From: Acidobacteriota bacterium
GTDB taxonomy: Bacteria > Acidobacteriota > Thermoanaerobaculia > Multivoradales > UBA5704
Reading direction: 5' to 3'
Assembly (NCBI GenBank): GCA_040005235.1
Contig: JBDTZG010000001.1
Location: 96,001-160,000 of the forward strand
DNA: 64,000 nt
The notes under the pieces are model-generated. The model was not told the DNA's origin and made no database searches. It was given only the letters and a program-made list of their open reading frames with translations. This document shows, piece after piece, positions 36,582-45,483 of this stretch. The number at the start of each line of letters is the position of its first letter. Positions within the stretch are counted from its first letter, which is position 1. A program made the translations under genes and the position numbers.

Positions 36582-36608
36582 GGGCGAGGCACCATGCCTG
36601 GCCCCTAC
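36578..36608. repeat. GTAG-family REP palindrome supplying both convergent stop codons
   Basis: GTAGGGGCGAGGCACCATGCCTGGCCCCTAC. TAG 36579-81 ends the dipeptidase; CTA 36605-07 ends the opposite gene. Confidence 0.75.
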
Positions 36609-37186
36609 GGCGGTTCGGTCTCCGAGTCCTCGGTTTCCTCAACCACAGAGAGGATCAAACCGCATTCGGGGCATTCCGCCGCGCCGGGCGGGAGGTTCGT
36701 GCCACAGGCGGGGCAGGCTCCCTCCCGCATTTCCGGAATCTCCTCGCGCAGGCCGGAAAGGTAGACCTCGCGGTCGACCGCGACAGCGGCCTCGGCATCT
36801 TCGACGCGGACGAACAGGCCGTATTGTTCGCCGGTGGCGCTCTTCTGGATCCGCACCGGGATCTCCCGCTGTTCGAGGGCTTCGGCGAGATCGAGAATCC
36901 AGTCGTAAGCGGCGGCGCGCACGATCACGACTTCGGCATCCGGCGGGATCGCGGGCTCGGGTTCCTTGGGTCCCTCGTCGTACTCTTCCTCGTCATCGTC
37001 TTCGTCCCGGTCTTCCTCCCGGTCTTCCTCCGCCGTCGGGGCCTGCCGGCGGGGCGCCAGATCGGCCTCCGGGTATTCGAACGGGACCTCGTCGTCGCGC
37101 ACGTCGGTCGGGCCGCCGCAGTCGAGGCACTCCAACACCTGCATTTGAAACTCCGACCGGCAGCGCGCGCAGTAGCGGATGAGCAT
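36605..37186 (-). CDS. Hypothetical protein with two Zn-ribbons, acidic linker and DUF2007-like core
   Basis: CARC...CLDC at the N-terminus, CPAC...CPEC at the C-terminus, and LAEALEQREIPV...LFVRVEDAEAA. Confidence 0.75.
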   Translation of the reverse strand: MLIRYCARCRSEFQMQVLECLDCGGPTDVRDDEVPFEYPEADLAPRRQAPTAEEDREEDRDEDDDEEEYDEGPKEPEPAIPPDAEVVIVRAAAYDWILDLAEALEQREIPVRIQKSATGEQYGLFVRVEDAEAAVAVDREVYLSGLREEIPEMREGACPACGTNLPPGAAECPECGLILSVVEETEDSETEPP

Positions 37187-37289
37187 CGGGGATCTCCGTG
37201 GAAGAGGGTACCGAGAGCGCGAATATAGAACGGCGGAGGCGTCGATTCGCGCGGCGGCACGGGTTTGAAACTAGAATGCATGACCAGCT

Positions 37290-38246
37290 ATGAATCCCAG
37301 AGTCTACGGCCTCGGCCTGCTGACGCTTTGTCTCGCGGCGCCCCGGGCGGCTGCGGCCGGCGAGCTGAGCGCCGCGGAGATCGCGTGCGACGCCCTCCGC
37401 CTTTCCGGCCTGCTCGAACGGAGCGCCGTTTCGGCGCCACAGTCAACGAAGACAACCAACCTCGCCCTGTCGTTGACCGCGAGCGGAGATTTCTTCGGGA
37501 TCGAAACCGGCGGCGGCGCGGCGGGCAGCCCGGATGCCGCGCTCGCGTTTTCGACCAACCCGGAAGAGACGACGCTGCTGCGCAACCCCGCTCGGCCGCA
37601 GCTCTTCTCGGTGAGCTTGACGCGCAACGATTTGAATTCCGACCGGGTGGTACCGGGCGACGCCCGCGAGCTGCACCTTTCGGTCAACCCGACGCTCGAT
37701 TTGGCGAATCCGCCGGCCGGAAACCTCTTGGCGATCGACAATCTCCTCGCGGGCGGCAAATCGACCGATGCCAAGCCGGGGCGCGGCCTCGGTTCGCTGA
37801 TCGTCCCGTGCCACGACGATTTCTCCGCCCGCGACGTCCACGTGTTTCGCGTCCTGTCTCGGATCGCCCGGATTGAGGCGGTCGGCGCCCGCAGCGTCGA
37901 GCTGGCGATCTATCGCGGCCCGCTCGCCGATTCCTACCGGTTCGATGCCTACGTCTACGATTCCGTGGGCGCCAGCCTCGGCCGCCTGTCGGGCGCGCTG
38001 TCGATTCCCTCGCAGCCCTCCGGCGAGCTGGGGGTCGCTTCGATGGAGGTCTTTCCCCCCTGCCAGGCGGGGACCGCCACCGAGTGCAGCAGCCTCGCGG
38101 GCGACGGCGCGATCGCGCTGTTCAAACCGGTGGTCTCCGGCCTGCCGCCGCCCACGCCGTACCGCGCCTCGACCGCCGGTCCGCACCAGACCGACGTCGA
38201 TTTCGCCGACCTGCTCGCCGGCACCTCTTGGAGGCGACCGCTGTGA
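37290..38246 (+). CDS. Secreted protein, single copy of an unrecognised ~290-aa domain
   Basis: Signal peptide. Paralogous over its whole length to the C-terminal domain of 38243-40285. Confidence 0.8.
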   Translation: MNPRVYGLGLLTLCLAAPRAAAAGELSAAEIACDALRLSGLLERSAVSAPQSTKTTNLALSLTASGDFFGIETGGGAAGSPDAALAFSTNPEETTLLRNPARPQLFSVSLTRNDLNSDRVVPGDARELHLSVNPTLDLANPPAGNLLAIDNLLAGGKSTDAKPGRGLGSLIVPCHDDFSARDVHVFRVLSRIARIEAVGARSVELAIYRGPLADSYRFDAYVYDSVGASLGRLSGALSIPSQPSGELGVASMEVFPPCQAGTATECSSLAGDGAIALFKPVVSGLPPPTPYRASTAGPHQTDVDFADLLAGTSWRRPL

Positions 38247-40285
38247 GCCGCGCCGCCGGTACAGTGCGAGGATTGCTGCTCGGTCTGCTTCTGGCGCCGG
38301 CCGGAGCCGGCGCCGAGACGTTTACCGTCCGCTCTTTGTCGAACGACACGTTCGTCCCCTCGAACCTGACGATCCAGGTCGGCGACTCGGTCCAATTTCT
38401 AAACCAGGGGAGCGGCTTTCACAACGTGATCGAGGACGGCGGAGCGTTCCGCTGCGCCGAAGGGTGCGACGGCCAAGGGGGGAGCGGCGATCCGTCGTCG
38501 GCCGGTTGGAGCTTCACCCTGACGTTCGATACCGCCGGCACGATCGGCTACTACTGCGATGTCCACGGCTCGCCGGGCGTCGGCATGATCGGCAAGATCC
38601 AGGTGATCGCCCCCGACTCGCCGGGCCGGCTCGAATTTTCCGCCGAGAGCTATTCCGCGGCAGAGGCGAGCGGCGGCACCTCGATCGTCGTCCGGCGCAC
38701 CGCCGGCACCACTGGCGCGGTTTCGGTCCATTACGCCGCGAGCCCAGGGACGGCCTCTGCGGCGGACTTCACGCCGACCTCCGGCACTCTCCTCTGGGCC
38801 GACGGCGAGGTCTCGGTGAAGACCTTCTCGGTTCCGATCGCGAACGACACCCTGGTCGAGGGCAACGAAACCGTGCGGCTCGCGCTCTCTCAACCGACCG
38901 GCGGCGCCTCACTCGGGCGGTCGAGCGCGGTGCTCACCCTGGTGGACGACGACGCGTTGAATTCTCCCGGCCGGCTGCGCTTCCGGGTGCCGACCTTTGT
39001 TGGCGCCGAAGGGAGCGCGGCGCAGATCGGCGTGGTGCGCGAGGCGGGCGCCGTCGGCGCGGTGTCGGCCGGCTACGCCACGAGCGACGGCACGGCCGCC
39101 GCCGGCTCGGCTGGCTCTGATTACCCCTCGACCTCCGGCACGGTCTCGTTCGCCGCCGGGGAATCGGGAGAAAAGACGATCTCGATTCCGCTGGCCGCAG
39201 ACGAGGACGTGGCGGCCGAGGCGTTCCAGATCGCGCTGTCGAACCCGATCGGCGGCGCGGTCCTCGCCTATCCGTCGCGCGCCACGGTGGTCATCCTGCC
39301 CTCTTCGGCAGCGGTGGGCGCGCTCACCGCCGACGAGGTCGCCTGCGACGCGGAGCGCCTCTCCGGCCTGCTCGCCCGCGGCCGGGCGCTCGCGCCGCGA
39401 TCGAGCCGGCCGACGTTTCTCGCGGCTTCGTTCACCGGCACGGGCGATTTCGCCGGCCTGGCCACCACCGGTCTCGGCGGGGCGGGCGGCGGCGGGGGAG
39501 AGGCGGCGCTCGCGTTTTCGACCAATCCGGAAGAGACGACGCTGCTCGCCAACCCCTCCCGACCGCAGCTCTTCTCGGTCAGCCTGGCGCGGAACGAGCT
39601 GAATTCCGACCTGGTGGCCCCGGGCTCCGCCGACGAGCTGCGGTTGACGATCAACCCGACGCTCGATGAGAACCCTCCGGCGGGCAACCTGCTGGCGATC
39701 GACAACCTCGCGGCAGCCTCGGGCCATCCCGCGGACGCCAAGCCGGGCCGCGGCATCGCGCCGCTGCTCGCCTCCTGCCATGGCGATTTCGGCGCCGGGG
39801 ACGTCCAGCTCTTCCGGGTTCTGCCCAAGCTCGCGCGCGGCGAGACGGCGGGGCCGGCGGAGGCCTCGGGATTCGAGCTGGCGATCTACCGCGGTCCCGA
39901 GCCCGACGCCTATCGGCTCGACCTTTTCCCCTTGGGCGCGAACGGTACGGCGAGCGGCCGGCTCTCGGTCCCGCTCGACGTCGTTCGCTCTGCCGGCGGC
40001 GACCTCGCGAGCGGCACCCTCCGTCGACTTGGGCCTTGCGCTCCGGGGCAGGCGAGCGGTTGCTCGGACCTCTCCGGCCTAGGGGGCAACGCTGCGCTGG
40101 CCCTGTGGAAGCCGGTGCTTTCCGGTACGCCCCCGGCGACGCCCTACCGGATTTCGGCCTCCGGCCCCGCGGAGGTCGCGGTGGATTTCGCCGATCTGCT
40201 GGCCGGCACGGCGTGGCGCCGGCCTTTGGAAGGATTGGAGCCGGGCGACGTTCGGCTCGGCTTCAACCTGATCCGCGATTTCTAG
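38243..40285 (+). CDS. Secreted cupredoxin + 2x Calx-beta + unrecognised domain protein
   Basis: GTGA overlap. Type-1 Cu ligands HNV...YYCDVH...GMIG. Calx-beta motifs (DFTPTSGTLLWADGE, DYPSTSGTVSFAAGE). C-terminal paralog of the upstream gene. Confidence 0.85.
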   Translation: MSRAAGTVRGLLLGLLLAPAGAGAETFTVRSLSNDTFVPSNLTIQVGDSVQFLNQGSGFHNVIEDGGAFRCAEGCDGQGGSGDPSSAGWSFTLTFDTAGTIGYYCDVHGSPGVGMIGKIQVIAPDSPGRLEFSAESYSAAEASGGTSIVVRRTAGTTGAVSVHYAASPGTASAADFTPTSGTLLWADGEVSVKTFSVPIANDTLVEGNETVRLALSQPTGGASLGRSSAVLTLVDDDALNSPGRLRFRVPTFVGAEGSAAQIGVVREAGAVGAVSAGYATSDGTAAAGSAGSDYPSTSGTVSFAAGESGEKTISIPLAADEDVAAEAFQIALSNPIGGAVLAYPSRATVVILPSSAAVGALTADEVACDAERLSGLLARGRALAPRSSRPTFLAASFTGTGDFAGLATTGLGGAGGGGGEAALAFSTNPEETTLLANPSRPQLFSVSLARNELNSDLVAPGSADELRLTINPTLDENPPAGNLLAIDNLAAASGHPADAKPGRGIAPLLASCHGDFGAGDVQLFRVLPKLARGETAGPAEASGFELAIYRGPEPDAYRLDLFPLGANGTASGRLSVPLDVVRSAGGDLASGTLRRLGPCAPGQASGCSDLSGLGGNAALALWKPVLSGTPPATPYRISASGPAEVAVDFADLLAGTAWRRPLEGLEPGDVRLGFNLIRDF

Positions 40286-40372
40286 GTATCCTTCCCGGCA
40301 GACTTCGATTCTAAACCCGCTCATTCGGAAGAGCCCGCGCCACCCGGCGCTTAAAGCCCCAAGGAGGCTTCC

Positions 40373-41089
40373 ATGCACGCGAACGCCCGCCGTAGCGCCA
40401 CCGCCGTCGGTCTCGTCGTCCTCTTGTCCGCGGCGCTCGCCGCACCCTCCCCGGGTCGCGCGGCCGGCGCGCCTCTCGGGGCGGAAACCCCCGAAAAACT
40501 GGTCGAACGGATGCGCAAGTCGGCGGAGAAGAAGGACTTCCGCGAGCTGGCGGCGTGTCTCGCGCCCGCGCCCAGGAAAGAGCTGGCGCAGATGATCTGG
40601 ATGGGCGCCACCATGATGATCGGCATGGCGGCCAGCATGGGCACGATGGCGCAGGGAATGGGCGAAGCGATGGCCGGGGAGGCCAAGGAAGGCGAAGCGA
40701 AAGCCGACCAGGCGCCGGCGGCTCCGGTGGCCCCGAAGGTCGATCCGAAGCTCGAAGCGCTCGCCCAGCGCTATGACGCCGTGGCGCACAAGCACGGCCT
40801 GCCGGGTCTGAAGGACGAAAAGGAGCCGACAGGCGATCCGGCGGCGCTGTTCGACATGGTTGACGCGGTCGAAGTAGTCGGCGATTTCGGCGCCCTGCTC
40901 GACGGCATCGGCGAGGCGACCGGCGAGTCCGCCCCCGCGCCGCCGGTCCCCGCGGGCAAGCTCGAAGGGCTGAAGATCGATGGCGACAAGGCGACCGGCA
41001 AGCTCGACGGCGAGCCGGTCACGTTCGAGAAGATCGACGGCCGCTGGTTCATCTCCGAGTTGCCGAAGAAGCCTGAAGCCGCGGAGTAA
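40373..41089 (+). CDS. Secreted hypothetical protein
   Basis: AAGGAGG RBS, signal peptide, and KIDGDKATG...FEKIDGRWFI NTF2/DUF4878-like ending. Confidence 0.75.
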   Translation: MHANARRSATAVGLVVLLSAALAAPSPGRAAGAPLGAETPEKLVERMRKSAEKKDFRELAACLAPAPRKELAQMIWMGATMMIGMAASMGTMAQGMGEAMAGEAKEGEAKADQAPAAPVAPKVDPKLEALAQRYDAVAHKHGLPGLKDEKEPTGDPAALFDMVDAVEVVGDFGALLDGIGEATGESAPAPPVPAGKLEGLKIDGDKATGKLDGEPVTFEKIDGRWFISELPKKPEAAE

Positions 41090-41174
41090 AGTTGACGAGC
41101 GGGCCGCGAAGTGGTATTCCCCCGGACAACTTCGTCGTACTCCATTCCGGCAGGTTGACCCCGAGGATCGCCCG

Positions 41175-44100
41175 ATGCCCAATTGCCGCTTCGCGCTCCG
41201 CTTAGGCCTGGTTTTCGCCCTGGTCGCTCTCACCTCGGGAGCGCTTTTCGCGGTCGCCGTCCGGCCGATCGTCGGCCATGCGGCGGCTTTTGGCGTTTCC
41301 CGGCCCGCGAGCGAGCTCGCCCGCCTGCCGGTGAACGTCCTGCGGGTTAACAAGGACGGCGAGGCGCGCGGGGAAGAAGAAGAGATCAACGAGCAGAACG
41401 GCGAGGACGTGAAGCGAGGCATTCCAGGCCGGGGCGCCGGGGCGCTCTCGCAGTTCCTCGACCCGACCGTGGCGGCGTCCAAGGCCAACGCGTTCCTGCG
41501 CGTGATCCCGGCGCCGTCTCTCACGTTCGACGGCATCAACAGCACGAGCGGCATCCTGCCGCCGGACACGAACGGCGACGTCGGCCTCAGCCAATACGTC
41601 CAGACCACCAACTCGTCGACCAGCGCGATCACCGCGGTCGGCGTCTTCGACAAGACCTCCGGCGCCCTCTTGGCTCCCGCCTTCTCGATGGCGACGCTGT
41701 TCGCGTCGCTCGGCGGCTCGGACCCGTGCGCCGCCAACGACGACGGCGACCCGATCGTGATCTACGACTCGTTCGCCGACCGTTGGCTGATCTCGCAGTT
41801 CGTGATCGGCACGGAGCCCACCCGCCAGTGCATCGCGATCTCCCAGACCGGGAACCCCTTGGGCGCCTATTTCGCCTACGACTTCATCATGCCGACGGAC
41901 GGCGACGGCAAGCTCAACGACTACCCCCACTTCGGCGTCTGGCACAACGCGTATTACATGACCGACAACCAGTTCAACACGGCGGGCACCGCGTTTGAGG
42001 GCGGCGGCATCTTCGCGTTCGACCGCAACAAGATGGTCGCGGGCGACCCGACGGCCACCTATATCTACTTCGACATCTTCGGCATTGACCCGAACGCCGG
42101 CGGCTTCCTGCCGACCGACGCCGACGGCGTGGTGCCGCCGCCGCCCGGCCTGAACCAGTTGGTGATGGAGTACCGCGCCGACGAATTCGGCGATCCGCTC
42201 GACGCCCTGCGCATCTACGAGGTCGTGCCGAACTTCGCGACCCCGATGTCCTCGACCGTCACCGTCCGGCCCGATCTCGCTCTGGCCGCGTTTGACGCCA
42301 ACCAACCCGCCGGCCGCGGCGATATCGAGCAGTCCGGGGGCGCCAACCTCGATTCGCTCTCCGACCGCCTGCTGCACCGGCTGCAGTATCGCAACGTCGG
42401 CACCTTGGTCGCGCCGCTGAACCGGTGGACCGGCAACTTTGGCGTCAACGTCAGCGGCGTGACTCCGACCACGGCGGGCACCTACCAGATCGCCCCGCGG
42501 TGGTTCATCCTGCAGAGCGCGGGCACGGCGTTGCCCACCGTGCTCGATCAGGGCACCCATTCGCCCGATGCGGGCAACGGCGCCACCGGCAACAACCGCT
42601 GGATGGCCTCGGCCGCGCTCGACAACCAGGGCAACCTGGCGGTCGGCTTCTCGCGCTCCAGCACCACCCTGCGCGCCGACATCATGATCGCCGGCCGGCT
42701 CGCCGGCGACGCCCCCGGCTCGCTGGTGCAGGGCGAGACGGTGATGTTCGCCGCCGCCGGTTCGCAGACCTCGACGTCGAACCGCTGGGGCGACTACAGC
42801 GCGATGACTGTCGACCCGATCGACGACTGCACCTTTTGGTACACCCAGGAGTATTACTCCACGACCTCGGGCGCCAACTGGCGCACGCGGATCGGCAAGT
42901 TCATCTACCCCAGTTGCATCGCCCCGCAAAAAGGCACGGTTGCGGTCAACGTCACCAACTGCGCCTCGGGCGCCCCGATTCAAGGTGCGACCGTCGCGAT
43001 GACCGGCGGCTTCGTCAACTCGACGAACGCCGGGGGCGCGATCGTCAGCAACTTCATGGCCGGCCCGGGTTCCTACACGGTCACCTCGAACAAGACCGGC
43101 TACCTCTCGGGACCAGGGTCGACCGCTCCTGCGGTAGTCACGAACGGCGGCACGACGACGGTCAACGTCTGCCTGACCGGCGTTCCCGCGGTCTCGGCGG
43201 GCGCCAACGCGATCGCCGCAGAATCGTGCACCCCCGCCAACTCGGTGCTCGACCCGGGCGAAACGGTCACGTTGAGCCTCTGCGTCACGAATAGCGGCAC
43301 GGCCGACACGACGGCCGCGACGACCGGCACCCTCCAGGCGACCGGCGGCGTCCTCACCCCCAGCGCCCCGCAGGTCTACGGCGTGCTCGTCTCCGGCGGC
43401 CCCGCGGTCTGCCGCAACTACACCTTCACGGTCGATCCGGCGCTCTCCTGCGGCGGCACGGTCACGGCGACGCTCCAGATCCAGGACGGCGCCACCAACC
43501 TGGGCAACGTCACCTACGACCTGATCACCGGCGCGCTCACCGGCCCGGTCGTCACCAACACCTTCAGCTACACCGGCCCGGCGGTCGCCATCCCCGACAA
43601 CGCGCCGGGAATCACCGTCAACTTGCCGGTCTCCGGCATCGCGGCGGGCAGCCAGGTCACCGACGTCAACTTCCGCTTCGACACCGGCGGCGCCTGCACC
43701 AACACGATCGGCGACCCCAACGCGGGCCTGGATCACACGTGGGTCGGCGATCTAGTGGTCACGATCACGGCGCCCACGGCGCAGAGCGTTTCGGTCATCG
43801 ATCGGATCGGCGTACCGGCCTCGGGCTTCGGCTTGAATGCCGAGAACTTCTGCGCCGTGACGATCGACGACGAGGGCGGCTTCCCGCCGATTGAAAACAC
43901 GGTCTTGAATCCGGTCACCGGCAACTTCTCGCCGAACAACCCGCTCTCCGGTTTCGACACCGTCACCGCGCCGAACGGCAACTGGATGCTCTCGGTCACC
44001 GACGGAGCCGGCGGCGACTCCGGCAGCTTGCGCCGCTTCTCGCTGGTCATCGAGACCACCGGCCGAGTCTGCTCGACCTCCTGCATCCTGGGCTGCAGCC

Positions 44101-44654
44101 TCACCTGCCCGGCGAACCAGTCGTTCAACAACGACGCCGGGGTCTGCAACGCCGTGGTCAACTACCCGGCTCCGACGAGCGTCGGCGCCTGCGGCACGGT
44201 CAGCTGCACGCCCGCCTCCGGCACGATCTTCAACGTCGGGACCCAGAACGTCACCTGCACCGATTCAGGAAGTGCCGCCTCCTGCGGCTTCACGGTGACG
44301 GTCAACGACACCGAGCCGCCGGTCGTCAACGCGGGCACCTGCCCGGCCATCAACATCTCCGGCCCGGGCGGCACTCCCGTCAACTACACCCCGCCCAGCG
44401 CTTCGGACAACTGCGGCCCGGTGGCCGGCAACTGCACTCCCCCCCCGGGCGCGATCTTCCCGAGCGGCACGACCAACGTCACCTGCACCTTCGCCAACGG
44501 CACCCAGCAGCCGTTGACCTGCACCTTCCCGCTGACGATCAACGGCTCGATCGTCGACATCCCGACCCTCTCCGGCCTCGGCTTCGGAGGTCTGGCCGCC
44601 CTCCTAGCCGCCGCGGCGATGATCGTCATGATGCGTCGTCGGCGAACGGTGTAA
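41175..44654 (+). CDS. Large surface protein: propeller-like N-domain, carboxypeptidase-regulatory-like, P-domain, HYR repeats, IPTL-CTERM anchor
   Basis: Signal peptide, PPDTNGDVG and RWGDYS, HTWVGDLVV...NGNWMLSVTD (P-domain), two HYR-like repeats, and IPTLSGLG + TM + RRRR. Confidence 0.85.
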   Translation: MPNCRFALRLGLVFALVALTSGALFAVAVRPIVGHAAAFGVSRPASELARLPVNVLRVNKDGEARGEEEEINEQNGEDVKRGIPGRGAGALSQFLDPTVAASKANAFLRVIPAPSLTFDGINSTSGILPPDTNGDVGLSQYVQTTNSSTSAITAVGVFDKTSGALLAPAFSMATLFASLGGSDPCAANDDGDPIVIYDSFADRWLISQFVIGTEPTRQCIAISQTGNPLGAYFAYDFIMPTDGDGKLNDYPHFGVWHNAYYMTDNQFNTAGTAFEGGGIFAFDRNKMVAGDPTATYIYFDIFGIDPNAGGFLPTDADGVVPPPPGLNQLVMEYRADEFGDPLDALRIYEVVPNFATPMSSTVTVRPDLALAAFDANQPAGRGDIEQSGGANLDSLSDRLLHRLQYRNVGTLVAPLNRWTGNFGVNVSGVTPTTAGTYQIAPRWFILQSAGTALPTVLDQGTHSPDAGNGATGNNRWMASAALDNQGNLAVGFSRSSTTLRADIMIAGRLAGDAPGSLVQGETVMFAAAGSQTSTSNRWGDYSAMTVDPIDDCTFWYTQEYYSTTSGANWRTRIGKFIYPSCIAPQKGTVAVNVTNCASGAPIQGATVAMTGGFVNSTNAGGAIVSNFMAGPGSYTVTSNKTGYLSGPGSTAPAVVTNGGTTTVNVCLTGVPAVSAGANAIAAESCTPANSVLDPGETVTLSLCVTNSGTADTTAATTGTLQATGGVLTPSAPQVYGVLVSGGPAVCRNYTFTVDPALSCGGTVTATLQIQDGATNLGNVTYDLITGALTGPVVTNTFSYTGPAVAIPDNAPGITVNLPVSGIAAGSQVTDVNFRFDTGGACTNTIGDPNAGLDHTWVGDLVVTITAPTAQSVSVIDRIGVPASGFGLNAENFCAVTIDDEGGFPPIENTVLNPVTGNFSPNNPLSGFDTVTAPNGNWMLSVTDGAGGDSGSLRRFSLVIETTGRVCSTSCILGCSLTCPANQSFNNDAGVCNAVVNYPAPTSVGACGTVSCTPASGTIFNVGTQNVTCTDSGSAASCGFTVTVNDTEPPVVNAGTCPAINISGPGGTPVNYTPPSASDNCGPVAGNCTPPPGAIFPSGTTNVTCTFANGTQQPLTCTFPLTINGSIVDIPTLSGLGFGGLAALLAAAAMIVMMRRRRTV

Positions 44655-44705
44655 CCCGGAGAAACGAGCCGCGTAAACCTCGCGGCTCGTTCGAGTGAAA
44701 CAAAG

Positions 44706-44730
44706 AGAGGCCCCTTCGGGGGCCTCTTTT
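44706..44730 (+). terminator. Intrinsic terminator (probably bidirectional)
   Basis: agaggcccc-TTCG-ggggcctct followed by TTTT, with an A-rich run upstream. Confidence 0.8.
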
Positions 44731-44766
44731 CGTTGGGAGAACGATTCGGAATGCCGTGACCCGCTC

Positions 44767-45483
44767 TTACTTTTTCCACACCTCCGCACCCAACGGAAGC
44801 TCATTCAGCTCGGCCCGAGCTTCCCGCCAGGTTGGATAGTGCTGATCCATTAGCGCCATGAATCGCTCGCTGTGGGTTGGGGCAATCAGGTGCGCCATCT
44901 CGTGGACGACGACGTATTCGAGGAGGTCCTTCGGTTTCTTCACCAGCTCGGTGTTTAGACGGATGTTTCGTGCCTGGTGGTTGCAGCTTCCCCATTTGGT
45001 CTTCATGCGCTGGAGGAAATAGCCGGCCACTTCGACGCCGAGCTTCTGCTCCCACTTCCGAATCAGGTCAGGGATTGTGCGGTGGAGGAGGGACTTGTGC
45101 CACTCGTGAATGACCTCCTCGCGTTTTGCCTTGTCGCTGCCCGGCCGGACGGTGAGGGTGATGCTGCGGTGGCTGAGTTTGACGCTGGGCTTACCATCTT
45201 CTTCTCGAACGGTGAGCAGAAAGCGCCGTCCCCAGAGGTAATGGCTCTCGCGCTCCACGAACTGGCGGCGTGGTTCCCGCGCCTGGGCACGCAGTTTTTC
45301 CTGCTGGTCGCGGATCCAACCCAGCTTGGATGCAGCGTAGGCGCGGGCCACCTCGGGGCGTGTGGTCTTCGGAGCGACCAGCGTCACGCGCCCATGGGGA
45401 GGGTGGACGGAAAGGTGGACATGCTTGATGTCCTTGCGCGTCACGGCGATCGAGACCTCGCCGAGTTGGATCGTCTCTTCCAT
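44767..45483 (-). CDS. YgjP/DUF45 (SprT/M48-like) metal-dependent hydrolase, type I R-M associated
   Basis: MKTKWGSC and YVVVHEMAHL...HSERF. One-nt overlap with the hsdR stop. Confidence 0.88.
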   Translation of the reverse strand: MEETIQLGEVSIAVTRKDIKHVHLSVHPPHGRVTLVAPKTTRPEVARAYAASKLGWIRDQQEKLRAQAREPRRQFVERESHYLWGRRFLLTVREEDGKPSVKLSHRSITLTVRPGSDKAKREEVIHEWHKSLLHRTIPDLIRKWEQKLGVEVAGYFLQRMKTKWGSCNHQARNIRLNTELVKKPKDLLEYVVVHEMAHLIAPTHSERFMALMDQHYPTWREARAELNELPLGAEVWKK

